Shown here in pieces: positions 7,971 through 17,865 of a stretch of DNA of 43,487 nucleotides. Both the position numbers and the translations under genes were made by a program. The notes under the pieces are model-generated. The model worked only from the letters and a program-made list of their open reading frames with translations, did no database searches and was not told where the DNA came from. The DNA lies in IMG/VR virus record IMGVR_UViG_3300045988_009884, one strand, 5' to 3'. The stretch's first letter is position 1, and every line of letters begins with the position of its first letter. The stretch is from a virus.

Positions 7971-9152
7971 ATGGCACTATTTGAAGTTATTGGTGAGTTG
8001 TACAAGGCGAACGATGATGCGAAACCGAGATTCCTTGTGAACCAGGGCGGAACATCATCCGGGAAGACTTACACTATCATGCAGCTTCTTATAGTGCTGT
8101 CAATCGGCAATCCGAGGGCAATCATCACGGTTGCCGGACAAGACCTTCCAAACTTGAAGGTAGGCGCAATGCGAGACCTTGAAACAATCATCCATGGTTC
8201 AAACTGGCTGCTCGACTGGTTCAAGACGAATAAGGCTGAATCCACGTATCGTGGCAAGAATGGAGCATTGATTGAGTTCAAAAGCTACAAGGACGCACAG
8301 GACGCTAAGAACGGTAAGCGTGACTATCTCTTCGTGAACGAGGCAAACGGTGTGCCTTACGATGTGTTTTGGCAGCTTGCAATCCGAACACGTAAGCAGA
8401 TATTCATTGACTACAACCCAACGGCTCGCTTCTGGGCGCATGACAATATCATCGGGCGCAAGGATTGCAAGCTCATCATCAGCGACCACCGCAACAACAG
8501 ATTCCTTACAGAGAGCGAGCATGAGAAGATTGAAGCTATTGAGGATAAGGAATTATGGCTGGTATATGCTAGAGGATTGACCGGACGCATTACTGGACTT
8601 ATATTCAGCAGATGGGACGTTGTGGATTCCCTGCCGCCTAAGGATGAATGGAAGATGGACGTGAGGGGTCTCGACTTCGGATATACCAACGACCCTTCCG
8701 CTCTCGAACATCTGGTGCTGGCGCATGGCGAGTTATGGGTGGACGAGGAGTTCTATGAGGTCAACATGACGAACCCGGACATCGCACGAAGGTGCAGGGA
8801 ACTGGGTATCAGCCGGAGCAATCTCATTGTTGCCGATTGTGCAGAGCCGAAGAGCATAAAGGAGATACATAATGAAGGCTTGTGGATTATCGGGAGCACC
8901 AAGGGTCCGGATTCCATCAAGAACGGTATTGACATCTTGAAGCGATACCCGATACATATTACCAGACGTTCCAAGGGTATCATCGGCAACATGCAAGCGT
9001 ACAAGTGGATTGTTGACAGGGACGGAAAGACAACTAACACCCCGATAGACGCATTCAATCACGGCATTGACGCAATACGATACGCAGCCTTGAAGAAGTT
9101 GTCTGTTGCTCACCATGGAACGGCTAGAGCAAGAGTAATCAAACAGAATTAA
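7971..9152 (+). CDS. terL: Terminase large subunit
   Basis: Walker A GGTSSGKT near the N-terminus, LFVNEA Walker B-like motif, nuclease-half acidic motifs, and size/layout typical of PBSX/Terminase_3-type TerL. Confidence 0.9.
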   Translation: MALFEVIGELYKANDDAKPRFLVNQGGTSSGKTYTIMQLLIVLSIGNPRAIITVAGQDLPNLKVGAMRDLETIIHGSNWLLDWFKTNKAESTYRGKNGALIEFKSYKDAQDAKNGKRDYLFVNEANGVPYDVFWQLAIRTRKQIFIDYNPTARFWAHDNIIGRKDCKLIISDHRNNRFLTESEHEKIEAIEDKELWLVYARGLTGRITGLIFSRWDVVDSLPPKDEWKMDVRGLDFGYTNDPSALEHLVLAHGELWVDEEFYEVNMTNPDIARRCRELGISRSNLIVADCAEPKSIKEIHNEGLWIIGSTKGPDSIKNGIDILKRYPIHITRRSKGIIGNMQAYKWIVDRDGKTTNTPIDAFNHGIDAIRYAALKKLSVAHHGTARARVIKQN

Positions 9153-9164
9153 ATACAGAGCATC

Positions 9165-9713
9165 ATGGATAAGAATACGAAATTCGGCTACTGGGTCAAG
9201 GTAGCACCAATTGCAGGCTTCCGGCTAGAAGGTAAGTTTACCCGTCCGGAATTCGTAGGCAAGGTTGAGACGCCCGAGAACTTGGATAATTTATCTATCG
9301 GGCAATTAATCGACCTTTCCTCGCTGTCAGATACCAACGAGAGCCTGTATGTAGTTGTGCAGACAATTCTCGGCTTAAAACGCAAGGAGATAGACAAGGC
9401 GAGAGCCTTCGATGTGGTTCGCTTCGTTGGCTGGGTATCTGGCGAAGTTGAGCGCATTAATAAGATTTTCGAGAGTACGAACACCAAGCCAACGGCAAGG
9501 GAGAAGAAGGCTGGCATCGAACAGCTCAACTTCGGATTGTTCGGCATGCTCGACTGGTACGCAAAGAGAATGGGCATACAAGACCACGACCAGGTTCTCA
9601 GCACTCCATGGTTGAGGATATACAAGTGTATCGACATGGATAACAAGCGCAACCAATACGAGCGGAGATATCAAGAGATTATGAATGACGAAATAAATCA
9701 CAGACAAGGATGA
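9165..9713 (+). CDS. Hypothetical virion-module protein
   Basis: 182-aa ORF, tightly packed after terL. Confidence 0.55.
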   Translation: MDKNTKFGYWVKVAPIAGFRLEGKFTRPEFVGKVETPENLDNLSIGQLIDLSSLSDTNESLYVVVQTILGLKRKEIDKARAFDVVRFVGWVSGEVERINKIFESTNTKPTAREKKAGIEQLNFGLFGMLDWYAKRMGIQDHDQVLSTPWLRIYKCIDMDNKRNQYERRYQEIMNDEINHRQG

Positions 9714-10135
9714 ACACAATCGAGAAAACAGTCAAGGAGATAGCCACGGAGCAGTTCGATGGCTTCTCATACGTATTCGATACTTGGGATAAGGCAGACA
9801 CGCGTCTTGAACGTCTGGAGTTCCCGGCCATCGTCTGCATCATGCCTGTGTCCGGTACAACTACCATCCGCAACGGCAAGGTTACCGACACGGAGAATAT
9901 TGCACTCGCATTCCTAGACATTGCACCAAGGGGTGCAGATGGTGAGGATAACGAGGAAGTCTACACTCGAATGAAGGAGCAGGGTGCCCGGTTCATCGCA
10001 GCCATCAACGCATCAAGGAAGTTCGAGCCTATCGAACAGGCTTACTATGATGTTATCTGCGAGAGAATGAGCAGCATTGTGTCCGGTATCATGTATCAGC
10101 TACAGATCAAGCAGACAATCGGCAATTGCGTATGA
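9710..10135 (+). CDS. Hypothetical virion-module protein
   Basis: 141-aa ORF, ATGA-coupled on both sides. Confidence 0.55.
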   Translation: MNTIEKTVKEIATEQFDGFSYVFDTWDKADTRLERLEFPAIVCIMPVSGTTTIRNGKVTDTENIALAFLDIAPRGADGEDNEEVYTRMKEQGARFIAAINASRKFEPIEQAYYDVICERMSSIVSGIMYQLQIKQTIGNCV

Positions 10136-10659
10136 AGGAGATTGAGTTCGATGCGAAGGCCGCATCTGTAATCATGAGGGAAGAAGCGGAGAGAGCAAGG
10201 CAGCTTATCATCGCCCACATCAGAGCCAACGGTCAGAATGCTAGTGGCAAGACCATCGCAAGCCTTAATGTGCAGCAGCCAAGCGATGAAGAAACGGTTC
10301 TCTTCGGTCACAGACCCTTCGGAGTACTGGAGACTGGACGAAGGGCAGGCAAGATTCCATACGGCTTTGCTGGCATCATCCGGCAATGGATGAACGACAA
10401 GGGATTGCATGGAACGCCTATTCCATATAGGACGAACCGGGCACACAAGTATACACCGCAAGAGCGGGGAGATATGAGCATGGCCGGAGCCATCGCCCAC
10501 ATGATAGCTAGCAAGGGCAGCAGCCTACATCGCAAGGGTGGAAGGAATGACGTCTACTCGAATGTAATACCAGAGACGATGAAGAGACTGGGCGATAGAT
10601 TAATCTCGCTCATACATCTTGGAGTCGGCTCGATTAAACTTAACAATGAAACGGTATGA
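10132..10659 (+). CDS. Hypothetical virion-module protein (possibly HK97 gp10-like)
   Basis: ATG 10132 overlaps the upstream stop. The family resemblance is from memory only. Confidence 0.5.
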   Translation: MKEIEFDAKAASVIMREEAERARQLIIAHIRANGQNASGKTIASLNVQQPSDEETVLFGHRPFGVLETGRRAGKIPYGFAGIIRQWMNDKGLHGTPIPYRTNRAHKYTPQERGDMSMAGAIAHMIASKGSSLHRKGGRNDVYSNVIPETMKRLGDRLISLIHLGVGSIKLNNETV

Positions 10660-11714
10660 GACAGAAAGAAGTGAATGGAATATCATTCAGCTATGCAGAG
10701 AGCATCGGATTTGCCTTCCTTCCCTGCATTATCAAGGCGAGCGGTACTATCGCTGCGCTTGAAGTAATCATCAAGGCCGGGGCGATAAGTAAGACGTACA
10801 GGGTTGATTCTTTTGGGAACAATGCAATCATGGACTATCGGGAGTATATCCAGGCGTTGTTCGATGGAAGGACCGACCCTGTTGTTGATTATTCCGCAGA
10901 CACAGGAGTAAGTAACCATGGCCAGAAAGTAACCATTACCGCAAGCGCATACAATGAAGCCGGAGAAACGGCTGCATCGTTTGATTTCTCAGTTTACTAT
11001 GTGTGGGGAGCAATCAGACGGAAAGAGACGTGGAACGGCTACAAACGGCTTACATGGTTTACTCATTATCCGTTCTCCTTCGGCCTGTACAATGAGGGGG
11101 AGACGAAACTTATTATCGGGTACAATAAAACACCATGGCATCTTCTCATTCTCAGCGAGGATGGTATCATCAACATTGGCGGCAAGGTTCTTCCAACGGA
11201 ATCAGATGTGGAGTTCTCTATGATATACACCTTCGAGGGAGAAATCAAGCAGGCAACCTTCGATGAGCACTTCGACTTAACCTTTTACCTTCAAGGCGGC
11301 AAGCAGACAGAATTGATGCTCATCGAGTACAATGATGCAGACGAGGGAGAATATCTCAGATGGGTAGACCGACATGGTTTTCTGCGCTACTGGCTATTTG
11401 CCAAGGGCGATGATGCGAGGACAGTGAGCAGCGATTCTGAGTTCATCCGGGATAATCTCTCTGAGTATCCATCCGGAAGGAGACAGAACTACCAGCGCGA
11501 GGATGCAATATCTCTCTGCGCTCCTCTGGTTGATGCTGAGACTTTCGACTTCCTTCAAGATGTGGCATCAAGCCCTGTGGTCGAGAGATACCTTGGTGGA
11601 GATGACTGGGAAGCGGTGACGATAAAGGCTGGAACGTTCACGAAGGGTGTCTCCATCCTTCAAGACTTCACCTGCGAAATGATTCTTAACAACACTAACA
11701 TACAGAGCTTATGA
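10656..11714 (+). CDS. Putative structural protein (352 aa)
   Basis: Long ORF, ATGA-coupled to both neighbours. Confidence 0.6.
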   Translation: MRQKEVNGISFSYAESIGFAFLPCIIKASGTIAALEVIIKAGAISKTYRVDSFGNNAIMDYREYIQALFDGRTDPVVDYSADTGVSNHGQKVTITASAYNEAGETAASFDFSVYYVWGAIRRKETWNGYKRLTWFTHYPFSFGLYNEGETKLIIGYNKTPWHLLILSEDGIINIGGKVLPTESDVEFSMIYTFEGEIKQATFDEHFDLTFYLQGGKQTELMLIEYNDADEGEYLRWVDRHGFLRYWLFAKGDDARTVSSDSEFIRDNLSEYPSGRRQNYQREDAISLCAPLVDAETFDFLQDVASSPVVERYLGGDDWEAVTIKAGTFTKGVSILQDFTCEMILNNTNIQSL

Positions 11715-14521
11715 TTGACCAGCAACTATACATCGATGGCGTGCTGATGGATTTGTCAGAAGACACGAACATCACGCTTGACATCAAGAGCAATCTCTTC
11801 CGGGATATCTCCAAGATGGAGACGAATAACACGTATACCATCGAACTTCCGAAGACTACGCACAACATGGCTTCCGTTGATTGGGCCGCCAAGCCTAAGA
11901 CCGGGAGCAAGTATCCGTATGTTTTCCACAAGGCGAGATACTTCCGGAATGGTGTTGAGGTAATCAAGGACGGACGCGCGAGTTTACTGAGTGTCGAGGA
12001 TAACATCGAGATAGCCATCTATTGGGGATTGTTCCATGCTTTCTCTTCGCTACAGGAGAGCGACATGAAACTGAGTGACCTTCAGACAACGAAGTATCTT
12101 CGCTTCGAGAGGAAGAACAGTCCTTCCGAATATGACAAGGCTCTGGAAGATGGAGTATTCTATGCTGACTACGACCAGACGCAAGTCAAACCATCTTCGG
12201 AAGACTGGAGTGGCTATGATATCACGGAAGGCAAGAATAGGGAATCCACGTACACCCTTACAGAGGGTAAGATAAAAACCGGAACCGCTGCCGGGGCACA
12301 TGTGTCCGGATCAATTGAGGAAGATTCCGCATGTAGATGCTGCATTGTACCGTTTGTGGCTGGCGAGACTGCATCAATCAATGAGATTATCAGTAGCGGA
12401 GATTACAGGACATACGCCATCATTGACAAGAACATGAATGTTGTCAGTCTTGCTGATGATGCCGGGAAGACGGAAGCCGAGACCTATCCTGTGCTTCCGG
12501 CTCCAGACCCTATGCTCGGAATGTTTGTTGATGCCGGGGCATGTATCGCCAATATCGAAACGAGCGTTGCCATGGAGACAATATCCATCAAGGTTCGGGC
12601 AGAGAAGGCTGGCTCTATCGAATACGGAGTACTGAACAAGGAGACCGGAGAGACAACACCATGGGGAACGTATGAGATAAATGCAGCCGGAGAAACAGAG
12701 TTCAACGTGGTAAAGAGTAAACCTTCCGATCTCCTCGTATACATCAAGCCTTCGGTAGATAAGATGGTAAATATGGCGTTAAGCACGGTTGTGGCGGCTT
12801 ATTATCTCTCGGGCGGTAAGTTATCCAAGGTGCGGCTTGGCGGAGCGTACAGCGTTAAATATACGAGCACGAGCCATCCTATAGACATAAACCTTCAAGC
12901 ACCATCGAACTCTGCGTATCTTATCATCAATGCGATTGCGGAATACTCAACAGGCACTACGTTGAAGATTAAAGGAGTGACCGAGAGCGCAAGCAATGCG
13001 AGAGCATCATCTTCTTCCGGTGGCAATTTCGGCAACCAGTCTGGTGGCGGTGCTTTTCTGAGTGCTGGTCCGCTCCAGCCAGTTGTGAGTGTCAAGTGGC
13101 TGATTGAACTGATTGCGCAGCAGACCGGTGTCAAGTTTGGTTTTGCTGATGATGCGAAGAAGAAGGTCGATAGCCTTGCAATCCCACTCGTAACAAGGAA
13201 AGCTGACGAGAATACCATATCTGGCGGCATTAAGGGCAAGTTCTTTAATGCGACAAGTGTTGGTCTTCTCGATTTTGAATTATCAGAATCGAGTGATGTG
13301 ATATCTGAGAAGGCGAATATAAGATGCAGTCAGATCACGATTGCAGTTGACTGCTCCCTGACCTTCGATGTGCAGATGATGTGGTCGTGGGACGCATCGA
13401 AGGCAACTCCTAGCGGACATAAATCATGGAGTTTCGGTGAGGGGAATACTGAGTTGCAGGCATTCTACTCATACCCACCGAATTATATCGAGATGAAGGT
13501 TAAGCATAAGAACGATGACGGAACTTGGACGGAAACTCCATATATTGCAGGATTGCAGCAGAGTGAATCATCTAGCGGATATGTGACTGATTATGAATCG
13601 AACAAGGTAAACGGAAGATTTATTCATCTTTGCGCTGGCCGTGGAACGGTTGACTTGGTGGCCGGGGATTTTGTGACCTTCGAGCTCAAAAACAAGACCG
13701 GGAAGAATCTTTATGGTCTGCGCTGCTACAATGGTATATTGACGGCCAACATCAAGGAGAACGATGAAGTTCCTATTGGCGGTATGTTTCCTATCGGGAA
13801 GAATCTTCCGGAAGTCAAGGTGACTGACTTCGCAAAGTTTCTGTCTTTGATTACGGCAACATTTCCACGGCAGAACTTCTCTGACGGAACTATCTCATTC
13901 GTTAGTCTTAATCTGAAAAGGAGCAGAGCCATCGACTGGTCCGGTAGACTGATTGCAAGGTCTGAAATGAATCATCCGAGGGGAGTTGAATTCAGCATCG
14001 AGAGTTATTATCAGCATAATATCTACAAGTGGAAGGAAGACGAGACCGTCTACGAACAACATGATGCAGACATGAAAATTGCCAACGGAACGCTGGAATA
14101 TACGCAAGACGTTTGGACTATGCCGTTTGCCGCGAGTGACGGAAACAGAGTTCCTATCTACGGATGGGAAGAAAATATCTCATACTTCAATACGCATCAG
14201 ATCTCGATGCAGGTAGCTACGAAATACAAGCCATGCAAGGACCGCATCATGCGCATGAAGAAGAATGATTCCGGGAAGGCTTCTCTTATCTTTGACCTAG
14301 ACCTTCAAAAGGTATTTGATGAAGAACTGGCAAGTTATCGGAAGATGATTGCAGGGGCGAGAGTAATCACGGAATATTTTAGACTTTCGGATATTGAGAT
14401 ACTTGAATTCGATGAAACGAGACCAGTATATCTCTCGCAATATGGCGCATATTTCGCAGTTCTCGAGGTCAAGACTGCCGACACGTATGCAGAGGTTACA
14501 ATGATAGAATTAATCAATTAA
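11711..14521 (+). CDS. Large structural protein (936 aa), tail/baseplate-like
   Basis: Very long ORF inside the virion module with a Gly/Ser-rich internal linker (SSSGGNFGNQSGGGA). No specific family recognised. Confidence 0.6.
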   Translation: MIDQQLYIDGVLMDLSEDTNITLDIKSNLFRDISKMETNNTYTIELPKTTHNMASVDWAAKPKTGSKYPYVFHKARYFRNGVEVIKDGRASLLSVEDNIEIAIYWGLFHAFSSLQESDMKLSDLQTTKYLRFERKNSPSEYDKALEDGVFYADYDQTQVKPSSEDWSGYDITEGKNRESTYTLTEGKIKTGTAAGAHVSGSIEEDSACRCCIVPFVAGETASINEIISSGDYRTYAIIDKNMNVVSLADDAGKTEAETYPVLPAPDPMLGMFVDAGACIANIETSVAMETISIKVRAEKAGSIEYGVLNKETGETTPWGTYEINAAGETEFNVVKSKPSDLLVYIKPSVDKMVNMALSTVVAAYYLSGGKLSKVRLGGAYSVKYTSTSHPIDINLQAPSNSAYLIINAIAEYSTGTTLKIKGVTESASNARASSSSGGNFGNQSGGGAFLSAGPLQPVVSVKWLIELIAQQTGVKFGFADDAKKKVDSLAIPLVTRKADENTISGGIKGKFFNATSVGLLDFELSESSDVISEKANIRCSQITIAVDCSLTFDVQMMWSWDASKATPSGHKSWSFGEGNTELQAFYSYPPNYIEMKVKHKNDDGTWTETPYIAGLQQSESSSGYVTDYESNKVNGRFIHLCAGRGTVDLVAGDFVTFELKNKTGKNLYGLRCYNGILTANIKENDEVPIGGMFPIGKNLPEVKVTDFAKFLSLITATFPRQNFSDGTISFVSLNLKRSRAIDWSGRLIARSEMNHPRGVEFSIESYYQHNIYKWKEDETVYEQHDADMKIANGTLEYTQDVWTMPFAASDGNRVPIYGWEENISYFNTHQISMQVATKYKPCKDRIMRMKKNDSGKASLIFDLDLQKVFDEELASYRKMIAGARVITEYFRLSDIEILEFDETRPVYLSQYGAYFAVLEVKTADTYAEVTMIELIN

Positions 14522-14533
14522 AAGCGTATTGTT

Positions 14534-17500
14534 ATGGCAAACGAAACAGTTACCGAGGAGCAGAGAATCCTCGACATCAAGGTCAAGTACAAGGATGCGA
14601 TACAGAGCATTGCATCATACAAGAAGAAGATTGACGAGCTCAAAGCCGCAGAAGCGGATTTGAAGGCGCAGAAGAAGGCCGGGGCAATTACGGATGAGGA
14701 GTACCAGAAACAGATGGTTGCAACCGATTCCGTCATTACCCAATACAAGGATAATATTCGGGTGCTCCGGAAGGAACTGCAGAACAATCTCAGACAAGAG
14801 CAGGAGAACGAAGGCAGCTTGAAATCTCTCCGTGCCCAGCTATCGAATGCTACGAAGGCTTATGATGAGCTATCGAAGGCAGAACGTGAGGGAGCGAAGG
14901 GGCAAGCCCTAGCCCAGCATATAAACGAGATAACTGACAAGTTGAAGTTGGCTGAGGAGGAGACGCAACGATATTATCGCAACGTTGGCAATTACTACAA
15001 CTCGATGATGCAAGCAGCAGATGACCTGCAGGGGACGGAGTTCTTTGGTATGGATATTGTCAATGATACCGAGGTTAGCAACATCATCAAACTGGCGCAG
15101 AATATGGATGGACTGACAGACAAGCTGAAGGCGTTCGGTAAGACCGCAATCGGCTTGGTTATGAATCCATATTTTGCTGCACTCGCTGGCGTTGTCGGTG
15201 TTGGTATGACATTCAAATGGTTTTATGACTACAACAAGGGATTGCTGGAAGCCACACGACTGACAAGGGAGTTCACTGGGTACACCGGGGAAGCATTGGA
15301 GACGATGAGGAACAGCATAACAGCCACAGCGGACACGATGGGAAAGGATTTCAAGGACGTTCTTGGAACGGCTGACAACCTTATGGCTAATTTCCATCTA
15401 TCGGGCGAGCAGGCGATGGACGTTATCAACAAGGGTTTTGCAAGCGGTGCAGACCTGTCGGGCGATATGCTCAATAAGATACAGCAGTATGCGCCTACCT
15501 TCCACGATGCAGGAATATCGGCAGACCAGATGGTTGCTATCATCCAGCAGACACGTAGCGGTATCTTCAGCGACAAGGGTCTCGACATCATCGATATGGC
15601 GAGCAAGAAAATTCGTGAGATGAGCAGCGGCACGGCTTCCAGCCTTGATGCTATCGGCATTTCCAGCAAGCAGGTGCAGGAAGACCTAGCCAAAGGAACG
15701 AAAAGTACCTTCGATGTTATCCAAGAGGTCAGCACGAAGATGAAGAGCTTCGGAGCGGACAGCCAGCAGGTGGGCGATGTTCTGAAGAACGTCTTCGGAA
15801 AGCAGGGAGCGCAAGCAGGTATTCAACTTATCGAACAGCTCGACACGATGAGCACCAGCCTTGATGAAGTGAAGAAGCAGACTGGAGCGTGGGGAGATGT
15901 ACAGCTGGAGAACATCAAGTTGCAAAAGGAGCTGAACACCTATATGAGTTCTATGTTCGATTTCAGCCAAAAGGGTTTTGCATCAATCATCACGGCAGGA
16001 AAGCAATTCGGCACAAAGGTTCTCGTTCAGATAATGAAGGGATTGTTCAATACTATCAACTACTTCATCGACTGGTACAACAACAGTCTTCTTCTTCGAG
16101 GGGTAATCAATGCGATCGGCACAAGTTTCCGATTGATGTGGAATGCAATCAAGCTCGTATGTAATCTCGGAATAGATGCTTTCAAGAGAATGGGTTCTGC
16201 TGCGAAAGGTATCCTTGATATCCTTGAAGGTATCGTTACCTTCGACCTATCGAAAGCGCAGAAGGGATTCAAGGAAGTGTTTGATATTTCCGGAACTATC
16301 AAAGAAGCATGGCATGACATCAGAAATGCTGGTGCCGAGATAGGCAATTCCTTCGTTGACGGATTCGAGAACACCGTCCATGGAAGACTGAATCATCTGA
16401 AACTTGCGAACCTAGACGGTGGAGCGACATCTTCTGACCCTACGAATGGAAACTCTGGTGGTAAGCATACAAATGCTGGTGTCGGGAAGACTGGAACCGG
16501 AAAAACCGGAAAGACCGGAACCACGAAGGAAGATAAGACCGAGGAAGAGAGACAGAAACAGCAGCAGAAGGAGCTACAGGAAGCAATAGCCAAGATTCAG
16601 TTCGAGTACAACGAGAAGGTGATGGATGCGAAGAAGCGTTTCCTCGCTGGCATGTATGAGAACGACCAAGACTATGAAGCGGACTGCGAACAATTAGAGA
16701 AGGAAATGATTGCCCGGTCTCTCGATGCTTACGTAGCTGCCGGGAAGATGGCCGAGGATAAGGCGCAAGAGACGCAAGACAAGTTGCTCGATGTATTGAT
16801 TAAGGCTAAGCAGACCATGAAGGCGCAAGCGAAGGCAGTTGTCGATGGCATCAATAAAGAGTTCGAAGCCATGGAGAAGAAGCGCAAGGAATCCAACATT
16901 CTTTCCGGTGGAACTGGAGACGATGAAGATACGAGTGCAAGGCTGGAGCGGTATAAGTCTTTCCTAGAGCAGAAAATCTCCATGACAAGCAACAGCGTTG
17001 AAGTTCAGAAGGAGCTACAGAAGGAGTTGCATGATACCGAGATAGGGTTGAAGGAAGACAGCAACAAAAAGCAGGCGCAGTTAACTTCCAAGCAGCTGGA
17101 GATAATGGCGCAGATGATTTCGGCCATGGGCGATGGTCTGGCTGACTTCTTCAGCGAGCAGGATAAATCTCTTCACTCATTCTTGAAATCGATGCTTACG
17201 TCATTGCTCGATGCAATCAAAATTGCAATTGATGCTTATTACGCTCAGATCCTAGCAAGAGAGATTGCAAGCAAGTCGTGGGGCGGTGTTGCTAGTACTG
17301 CTGCGCTGATGGCTCTTATCAATGCAGCTTTTGCCGGAGCGAAGGCGGCAATCAAAGGTTTCGCTACTGGCGGCTATGTGCAGGGTGCCGGAACTGGAAC
17401 GAGTGACAGCATCCCGGCAAGGCTCTCTAATGGAGAGAGTGTAATGACCGCCAAGGCGACTTCAATGTTCAGCCCTATTCTCTCAGCCTTCAATCAATTG

Positions 17501-17674
17501 GGCGGTGGCGTGCCTATTGTTGTAAGCAGCAATCAGAGCAATATCGGTATCGACATGCTGGCTGCTGCCGTTGCCAAGGGGTATTCGATGGCTCCGCGTC
17601 CTGTTGTCAGCGTTGAGGACATCAACAAGACGCAGAGAAGGGTCAAGACAATTGAATCTCTTGCTACAATATAG
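14534..17674 (+). CDS. Tape-measure-like protein (1046 aa)
   Basis: Long coiled-coil-rich sequence, hydrophobic segments (AIGLVMNPYFAALAGVVGVGM), and a C-terminal GGYVQGAGTGTSDSIPARLSNGESVM motif common at tape-measure C-termini. Confidence 0.6.
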   Translation: MANETVTEEQRILDIKVKYKDAIQSIASYKKKIDELKAAEADLKAQKKAGAITDEEYQKQMVATDSVITQYKDNIRVLRKELQNNLRQEQENEGSLKSLRAQLSNATKAYDELSKAEREGAKGQALAQHINEITDKLKLAEEETQRYYRNVGNYYNSMMQAADDLQGTEFFGMDIVNDTEVSNIIKLAQNMDGLTDKLKAFGKTAIGLVMNPYFAALAGVVGVGMTFKWFYDYNKGLLEATRLTREFTGYTGEALETMRNSITATADTMGKDFKDVLGTADNLMANFHLSGEQAMDVINKGFASGADLSGDMLNKIQQYAPTFHDAGISADQMVAIIQQTRSGIFSDKGLDIIDMASKKIREMSSGTASSLDAIGISSKQVQEDLAKGTKSTFDVIQEVSTKMKSFGADSQQVGDVLKNVFGKQGAQAGIQLIEQLDTMSTSLDEVKKQTGAWGDVQLENIKLQKELNTYMSSMFDFSQKGFASIITAGKQFGTKVLVQIMKGLFNTINYFIDWYNNSLLLRGVINAIGTSFRLMWNAIKLVCNLGIDAFKRMGSAAKGILDILEGIVTFDLSKAQKGFKEVFDISGTIKEAWHDIRNAGAEIGNSFVDGFENTVHGRLNHLKLANLDGGATSSDPTNGNSGGKHTNAGVGKTGTGKTGKTGTTKEDKTEEERQKQQQKELQEAIAKIQFEYNEKVMDAKKRFLAGMYENDQDYEADCEQLEKEMIARSLDAYVAAGKMAEDKAQETQDKLLDVLIKAKQTMKAQAKAVVDGINKEFEAMEKKRKESNILSGGTGDDEDTSARLERYKSFLEQKISMTSNSVEVQKELQKELHDTEIGLKEDSNKKQAQLTSKQLEIMAQMISAMGDGLADFFSEQDKSLHSFLKSMLTSLLDAIKIAIDAYYAQILAREIASKSWGGVASTAALMALINAAFAGAKAAIKGFATGGYVQGAGTGTSDSIPARLSNGESVMTAKATSMFSPILSAFNQLGGGVPIVVSSNQSNIGIDMLAAAVAKGYSMAPRPVVSVEDINKTQRRVKTIESLATI

Positions 17675-17825
17675 TGTTATTTCTATCAGATTTGCGCTCT
17701 GTGCGGTTTTATTTGTTAAGTGGTGTAATTATATGCCAAGGCATAAAATAGCCGCTCAGAACGTGAATTTTCGCTCAATTCACAAAAATTAAGTGTCTGA
17801 AATGAAAACATATCAAAAATAATCG

Positions 17826-17833
17826 TATCTTTG
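17826..17833 (+). promoter_or_regulatory. Bacteroidota -7 promoter motif TATCTTTG upstream of the head-gene block
   Basis: Exact TAnnTTTG, 33 nt before ATG 17866, in a 191-nt intergenic region. Confidence 0.55.
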
Positions 17834-17865
17834 CAGCAGTTTAAACTAAAAATATCTATAATTAA

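Noticed and set aside
16480-16530. Short GGAAC/ACCGG repeats encoding KTGTGKTGKTGTTK in the tape-measure-like protein
   Set aside because: This is a low-complexity linker typical of tape-measure proteins. It is not a separate element.
17571-17792. 73-aa + strand ORF running from the tape-measure 3' end into the intergenic region
   Set aside because: It is out of frame within the tape-measure-like gene for half its length. The remainder covers the palindrome/hairpin regulatory region. It is unlikely to be coding.
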